Source of the DNA: Candidatus Altiarchaeales archaeon
GTDB taxonomy: Archaea > Altiarchaeota > Altiarchaeia > IMC4 > SCGC-AAA252-I15
DNA: 64,000 nucleotides
Reading direction: 5' to 3'
NCBI GenBank assembly: GCA_014727915.1
Contig: WJMO01000006.1
Location: 130,137-194,136, forward strand
Part shown: in pieces, positions 58,528 through 64,000 of the stretch
Layout: every line of letters begins with the position of its first letter
Numbering within the stretch: position 1 is the first letter of the stretch
The notes under the pieces: generated by a model
Told to the model about the DNA's origin: nothing
Seen by the model: only the letters and a program-made list of their open reading frames with translations
Databases searched by the model: none
Program-made: the position numbers and the translations under genes

Positions 58528-58748
58528 AATTTTCACCCCAATTCTTTAAAGGAGTTCAACACCCCCCAAATCAACGAATCCTCATCCGACTCAATGAAGC
58601 TCTCGAAGCGATCGAAAAGGAAGCCAACAAATTCTTCGTGCAATTGTCCAAGAACAAGCAGTTCAGAACTTGGCTGGAGAAGACGTTCACAGCCCCGAAG
58701 ATCGAGGCGGGGTTGAGTTTGCCCTTTTTTTCGGTTGCCGGTTTCGAA

Positions 58749-58877
58749 GCCCCAGGAGCAACCACCAACCCACAACCAAGAAAAAGAGCCAAATAGCAAA
58801 TCAGCTAGAATTAAGCTAAACCCGTCGAAACTACCAACACACAACCAAGAACAGAAGCCAACAGCGTGTTAGGGTCC
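58749..58877 (+). repeat. Direct repeat B flanking hicBA cassette (with internal partial duplication)
   Basis: gccccaggagcaaccaccaacccacaaccaag...gagccaaatagca...gttagggtcc. Confidence 0.6.
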
Positions 58878-58885
58878 TTTTTCTG

Positions 58886-59722
58886 CTATGTTTTTTTGAA
58901 TTTAAGGTGTATTATCTCTGGTTGGGCGAAGAATCTTATAGGTAGTCCTGTCACTCCTACTCCATTTGTTATTATGACTTTTGTGTGTTCTGTTTCCACG
59001 ATGCCACTTATGTATTTTTCACCGTAGTCGCTTGTCTTGTAGGGGGTCCATAAACCGAAGAAAGTGACCTGTCCACCGTGTGTGTGCCCTGCTAACATAA
59101 GGTCTATTTTGTCTGTTTTAATCTCTTCTGCGTAGTCTGGATTGTGTGAGATAAGGATTACAAAGTCCTCTTCTGAAACATTCTCTATTGTTGGTTGTAT
59201 GTCCTGTGTGTCTTCCCATATGTCTCCGACGCCACCTACCCTAATCTTGTTCCCATTATCTGTAATCCATTCACCCTGGTTGTCGACGAGCGTTATATCG
59301 GCCTCCTCTAGGGCTTTCCTTGCTTGTTCTGCATCAGCCCAATGTTCATGATTGCCTAACACACCATAGACTCCCAGAGGTGCATGGAGGTCTTTTAATT
59401 CTCCTATGCAGGGGTCAATGTATTTTATGTCATCGTAGATGTAGTCGCCACCCAACAAAATAATATCTGGTTCGAGGTCGTTAATCATCCCTATTATGTC
59501 TCTTGTCCTCTCAACTGACAACAGGGGACCGCAGTGTATGTCAGCCACGAAAACAGCAGTCTTACCATTAAACGAACTGGGAACATCCTCGTCAACAATA
59601 TCTATCTCATTAACTCGAATAAGATATGCCTCAATGAACGAATAGGCAAAACATAAAAGAAACACCATTCCCATACCGACTAGTATCCTTTTCCACCGCA
59701 TCTCAAACCATATAACCCCCAA
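58886..59722 (-). CDS. Calcineurin-like metallophosphoesterase
   Basis: N-terminal TM; motifs GDYIYDD, GNHEHW, GHTHGGQ. Confidence 0.75.
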   Translation of the reverse strand: MGVIWFEMRWKRILVGMGMVFLLCFAYSFIEAYLIRVNEIDIVDEDVPSSFNGKTAVFVADIHCGPLLSVERTRDIIGMINDLEPDIILLGGDYIYDDIKYIDPCIGELKDLHAPLGVYGVLGNHEHWADAEQARKALEEADITLVDNQGEWITDNGNKIRVGGVGDIWEDTQDIQPTIENVSEEDFVILISHNPDYAEEIKTDKIDLMLAGHTHGGQVTFFGLWTPYKTSDYGEKYISGIVETEHTKVIITNGVGVTGLPIRFFAQPEIIHLKFKKT

Positions 59723-59953
59723 TCAATAAATATTTCTGGATTTCACTCTAACAACAAACAGATATATGGCTCTAAAGGTCCATCTCCCCATCAAAAGGCT
59801 ATATTGCACCAGAACAAACAGGTGAGCTACAAGAACAAACAGGGTAGGGTGTTGTCTTGTCTTGTGAAGTCTCCTTGGCCTGTTTGGGCTGAATATTGGT
59901 TTTTATCCTGTCTTGTATGCTAGGATGATGGTTCCTTGATCCTTGCCTGTATT

Positions 59954-60415
59954 TTAAGGAATAATCTCGTTGTGGATGTAACTATGAGCAGCTAAGGAAT
60001 ATGCCCCACTAATGGCATGGACCATTACACAAGCTATCAGTGAGACTAATGAAAAGATAAAATTGAAAATAAAAACTGGGATTATTATTCGGTTACGTCT
60101 TGAATTAACTTTTTTCTCTAGATAGACATGTATGCTGGAAAAACCAATCCCATAACAGATCGGGTTAATTATCAGAAAAATTTGTTCAATCATTCCCTGC
60201 ATTAAATTCATGTTCTGTGCATCTGAGAGTAGATTGAATACTGGTTTGGTAAATGTAAGGATGATATTTCCAGCTGAGAATATGCTCTGTCCTGCAATAA
60301 TAAAAATTAGTAGATAGAACATAATCTGCAAGACAATAATAAAAAAAGCAATTAGGGCCGACTTTATCCATTTGTTTTCTTGTGAAAAAATCTTGCGCCT
60401 TAAGTTACCTAGCAT
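59954..60415 (-). CDS. Membrane protein, hypothetical (AT-rich gene)
   Basis: 153 aa, 4 predicted TM helices; low GC. Confidence 0.4.
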   Translation of the reverse strand: MLGNLRRKIFSQENKWIKSALIAFFIIVLQIMFYLLIFIIAGQSIFSAGNIILTFTKPVFNLLSDAQNMNLMQGMIEQIFLIINPICYGIGFSSIHVYLEKKVNSRRNRIIIPVFIFNFIFSLVSLIACVMVHAISGAYSLAAHSYIHNEIIP

Positions 60416-60439
60416 TTTAGCCTATATCGAGTTCCTTTT

Positions 60440-63400
60440 TTATTCGAAGTTTAGTACTCCGTCCCGCAATTTGAATGTTCCGTTGTCTAGTTCTATTTTG
60501 GAGTCTGCGATTGATACTGTCAGTTCCCTTGCAGTGAATGTTGATTCTATCACTCTCATTGTGCCGTTGACGTAGATGTCGTCTACTGTACAAGTGTTGT
60601 CTGAGGTAACATTCCAGTCTCCGTATTCGGGGCATGATTCTCCACTGCATCCTGCTTCGAGTTGGATGGTTATGTTGATTGCTTCGCTGGTTGAGTATAT
60701 GCCCTCTGTTGTCTCTATTTCTATAGTGAATTCGTAGCTGTTGCCGGATGTCCCTGTTGCGTTGACACTCCAGCTGGGACTGCATGATTGCCCGTATGTC
60801 AGTGGTCCACAGTCGTAGGGGTTTTGGCTGGTTGTGTAGAATGGTGTTCCACTATTCATCGGGATTGCTCCTTTTCCTATGGTGACCGCTGTGCTGTTTA
60901 CTGCGGTCCCGTTCATGTATTCGTCTCCTGGCGTGATTTCGCATATTATGCCATCTCCTATTGTGTAGTTGGAGTATTCCAGCGTATTGCTTGTTTCATC
61001 GCTTATCACTTCACCGTTTTTGAACCAGCGGTAATGGGCAGTTGGCGTGTCATCGTCATCCCCTAGTCCCAGGTGGTTGCATTCCAGGTTCTCGCTGTAC
61101 GGTGGCGAGGAGGGCAGTATGTATGCAAGAGTGACATAGGGTTTGCATCCTCCTCCGCTAACGCAAGATGATGTGCAGGTCACTTCTGTGTCGTTCCATG
61201 TTCCATCCCCTCCCCCTATGCATGTCCTGTAGCTTTGTCCGTCGCAGTAACGGTAGTTTTGGCTGTACTGGCTGCCGTCGTGTACGCACCCGTCTGATAG
61301 GCTTGAGCAGAATTCCCCGCTGTCGTCATAGTCGTCCGGGTAGCAGTAACCTCCACTACAGACATCATCTGGGTCGCTGCCTTCCTGTTCCTTGTCTTCA
61401 CAGTCTCCGCCATCAGATACTTGTGTTAGGCAGTCTCCGTCTTTGTTGCAGTATTCTCCTGCTGAACAGTTACTGTGCATTACACACCCGATCGTGTATT
61501 CAAGATAAATGTCTTCTGGAAGCCATTGCACTTCGTTCAGTTTAGGATCTGGCTCCCCTGGTGGTCCATCACAGTCTGTTTCTGATTCGACGTCTAGATG
61601 CAGCTTAAATCCTATTATACTCTTGTTTTCGTTTAAGTAACTGTCTTGCACTTCTGTTAGTATGTCTTCGTCAAGGCTGCAGTCACAATCATGCCATGAT
61701 CCGTCATCCCAGCTCATATCACAGATGGTCGCTATTTCAGTTGAGCCTATGCCTTTATCGTCGCATGATAGGCCTCCAAAATCTTCATCTAGAATGTTTA
61801 TTGTTAGTTCGTCTCCACTATTGCCTGAACCTATTGCAGAGCAGTCTCCACTGGAACTTCCTTTTAGCCTCATTGTTTTGACGTCTAAGGTGGCGTTTTC
61901 GATGATCTCTGAGATGTTGTATGTCCACCATCCCATGGAAAAATCCCCGTATTCCAGTGCGCTGCCTGTTGCTCTTATAAGATTGTCTCTTAAGTCGCTT
62001 CCACTGCAGTTGTTTTTATCGCAGCTTTGGAAATCTAGTTCTTCTACATCGTTGTATTCTTGAAGGGGTTTAATAGTCGGGTCTATGATGATGGGATATT
62101 CTGCTTCCAATAGCCATTTTTTCGGGAGATTCAATCGTAGGATCGTATCTCCCAACTCTTTGTAGATTGTATATGATGTGTCGAGTTTTTCACTGTGGTT
62201 GTCTGTGATGAACGGCCTCTGTATTGTGAAATACGATAATTCCACTGGTATTCTGCCTTGTTGTTTCTTTAGTTTGAATGGAATATCTTCTTCAACGAGT
62301 TTTTCACTGCCATCCCAGTTTATACCATTGACAATCGGGGTTAAGTGCTCTGGATAATCAAGGATATATGTTATTTCAAAGTCCTGTGTTGAAGATGCAA
62401 AGAGATTTGAAGAGTCTACAATGATGGATTCCTTTAGCAAATCGTCTGTTAGTTCATACTTGATGTCAACACCTTCACCAAGAATATTCGCATAAAATGG
62501 TTCGTCGTTAAACATGGATAAGCTGTTTGAATCATAGAATAATTTTTGATTAGTGGTTGGCTTTATTTTAAAGGATAGTGTTGTGTCTAATGCTGTGAAA
62601 TCAACGGTCTTATCCATGTGGAATACTGCACTATAGTGTTTTTTCTCGTATTTAATGTCCTCTTCGGCTGAAACCAGGGTGGTTGTGGTTGTTGAGGTGT
62701 CCATTGTTGTAGTGGTTAGTTCAATTAGGGTGGTGGTTGTAGTTTCAATTGTCGTGGTTGTGGTCTCTGCTGGGAGGGTTGTAGTGGTTGAGGATGGTTG
62801 GAGTGTGATAGTTGTTGTGGTATCTAATAATGGAATGGTGGTGGTTGTCTCACTCGTGGAGGTAGTTGAGGATGTGCTTGTTGTGCTTACCAGGATTTTG
62901 CTTTCATCCTGTGTTGATGAGGCCAGATCTGGATCCAGGATTACGGTAACATTACCACAGTCGTCTACCAGGCATGTCACGTTCACGGTAAAATCAAAGA
63001 ACTGATTTTGGTAAACTATTTCAGAAGATACCAAAGGATCAAGAATAGATATATCTACTTTTGGAAGTGCAAGGACCGTGTAATTGAATACTGCTACGTT
63101 GTTGGTTTCGTCCAGTTCTTCGACAGAGTCTTTGCTGTCTGCTATCACGTATACATGGTTGGTTCCTGTGTTGTTTGTGACGTTCCATGTTAAATCAACA
63201 AGATAATCTTCTCCAACGTCAAGCAGGCCCATTGATGAATTATATATTTCTTCTGCTCCGGTGGGTGTTGCTACTATAATGCTTATTTCCGCGCTTGAGG
63301 TAGTTGATGCTAGTGTCCCGTCATTTGTGACCGATGCGTTTATAGTGATGATCTGGTTTTCATAGAGGTTCTGTGGCGTGACATTCAAGGTTGAGTTGAA

Positions 63401-64000
63401 GTCGGGCATATCCGCACCGATTGCCGTGAAAATTGTGTTATGATCAATGAGCGCCCATACGTATTTATTGATGGTATCGACTCCAGTTATTGCTTCTTCA
63501 AGCCATTCTGAAGCGGTTTCATTCCACCAGTGAATTTTTAGAGTTTCTTCTGGAACGGTTAATGCACTGGAATTATAGGGGATTTTCAACAAGAAATAAT
63601 TGAATGATCCACTGATCTCAACATTCACATATTTACCTATGCTACTGTTATCACCGCCAGTTGGAGCAGAGATTATATCAAATCCTGAGAAATATGCAAG
63701 GGAATCCAAACTGTTTAGGATTCCAAGTATGCCCTCTGTTTCGTTAGTTGGTGGTTCTGGTTTTACTAGTATTGTTGCATAAGCCTGGTTATTTGCTTCA
63801 TCAGTTTCTTCAATATCATCTTGGGAGTCTATTTCTACAAATATTGTATGGTTATTTGCATCGGGGATATTCCATGATACGCCAACTTGTTTACTTCCTC
63901 CTGCTTCGACAACATCCGCAATGCTTGAACCTATGTATACTCCTCCATCACTTATGTTACCATCATAAAAACTAACATTAACGTCATATGCATTGCTACT
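60440..64000 (-). CDS. Giant surface protein (partial, N-terminus beyond window): CARDB-like repeats, ~90-aa poly-Thr linker, Cys-rich C-terminal domains
   Basis: Reading frame stays open upstream of track start (TTG 63709) to the window edge; DETNN-type motifs (ELDETNNVAVFNYTV; ETDEANNQAYATILV). Confidence 0.65.
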   Translation of the reverse strand, partial: SSNAYDVNVSFYDGNISDGGVYIGSSIADVVEAGGSKQVGVSWNIPDANNHTIFVEIDSQDDIEETDEANNQAYATILVKPEPPTNETEGILGILNSLDSLAYFSGFDIISAPTGGDNSSIGKYVNVEISGSFNYFLLKIPYNSSALTVPEETLKIHWWNETASEWLEEAITGVDTINKYVWALIDHNTIFTAIGADMPDFNSTLNVTPQNLYENQIITINASVTNDGTLASTTSSAEISIIVATPTGAEEIYNSSMGLLDVGEDYLVDLTWNVTNNTGTNHVYVIADSKDSVEELDETNNVAVFNYTVLALPKVDISILDPLVSSEIVYQNQFFDFTVNVTCLVDDCGNVTVILDPDLASSTQDESKILVSTTSTSSTTSTSETTTTIPLLDTTTTITLQPSSTTTTLPAETTTTTIETTTTTLIELTTTTMDTSTTTTTLVSAEEDIKYEKKHYSAVFHMDKTVDFTALDTTLSFKIKPTTNQKLFYDSNSLSMFNDEPFYANILGEGVDIKYELTDDLLKESIIVDSSNLFASSTQDFEITYILDYPEHLTPIVNGINWDGSEKLVEEDIPFKLKKQQGRIPVELSYFTIQRPFITDNHSEKLDTSYTIYKELGDTILRLNLPKKWLLEAEYPIIIDPTIKPLQEYNDVEELDFQSCDKNNCSGSDLRDNLIRATGSALEYGDFSMGWWTYNISEIIENATLDVKTMRLKGSSSGDCSAIGSGNSGDELTINILDEDFGGLSCDDKGIGSTEIATICDMSWDDGSWHDCDCSLDEDILTEVQDSYLNENKSIIGFKLHLDVESETDCDGPPGEPDPKLNEVQWLPEDIYLEYTIGCVMHSNCSAGEYCNKDGDCLTQVSDGGDCEDKEQEGSDPDDVCSGGYCYPDDYDDSGEFCSSLSDGCVHDGSQYSQNYRYCDGQSYRTCIGGGDGTWNDTEVTCTSSCVSGGGCKPYVTLAYILPSSPPYSENLECNHLGLGDDDDTPTAHYRWFKNGEVISDETSNTLEYSNYTIGDGIICEITPGDEYMNGTAVNSTAVTIGKGAIPMNSGTPFYTTSQNPYDCGPLTYGQSCSPSWSVNATGTSGNSYEFTIEIETTEGIYSTSEAINITIQLEAGCSGESCPEYGDWNVTSDNTCTVDDIYVNGTMRVIESTFTARELTVSIADSKIELDNGTFKLRDGVLNFE

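Noticed and set aside
58528-58748. Open frame after hicA (...LNEALEAIEKEANKFFVQLSKNK...) and antisense track ORF 58533..58844
   Set aside because: No start codon for the plus frame and implausible composition for the minus ORF; treated as a gene remnant inside the repeat-flanked cassette.
62655-63005. Plus-strand ORF translating as poly-Val (VVVVV)
   Set aside because: It is the antisense of the ACC/ACT-rich poly-Thr linker of the giant surface protein.
1-64000. rRNA genes, transposases, integrases, CRISPR-Cas genes
   Set aside because: No rRNA-like conserved stretches, no DDE/tyrosine-recombinase-like ORFs and no cas-like ORFs were found by reading the translations and intergenic regions.

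Overview
Archaeal chromosomal window (intron-containing tRNA, pelota, UbiA/DGGGP-synthase-like prenyltransferase, Ogg2-type glycosylase, FTR-like protein), most likely from an anaerobe. I call about 80 protein genes, one tRNA and no rRNA, CRISPR array, transposase or integrase. All product calls come from motif reading of the supplied translations; no database search was run. Main blocks: (1) 14.9-22.1 kb, a dense oxygen/ROS-detoxification island (rubredoxin, desulforedoxin-like protein, flavodiiron protein, Mo-oxidoreductase, glutaredoxin, TrxB, ferritin-like, desulfoferrodoxin, FTR-like, nitroreductase, rubrerythrin-like) with a 19-bp motif shared by two of its promoters. (2) 27.0-34.4 kb, a ten-gene same-strand array combining a CopA P-type ATPase with membrane Cys-motif proteins, DsbA-like, a DsbD_2-cupredoxin fusion, a membrane-anchored wHTH regulator, a 4Fe-4S protein and a MerT-like protein; this is my best candidate for an undescribed envelope metal/thiol-redox system. 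(3) 51.0-56.1 kb, an ABC transporter/surface-protein module whose three consecutive intergenic regions each carry three TGAAACA direct repeats at 22/21-bp spacing, flanking a membrane wHTH regulator. (4) 57.7-64.0 kb, an AT-rich island with a hicBA pair flanked by direct repeats, a metallophosphoesterase and a giant CARDB-type surface protein running off the window. Recurrent paralog families (membrane wHTH regulators, GT-C-like membrane proteins, C39-like peptidases including a catalytically dead copy, Cys-repeat lipoproteins) are reported separately.
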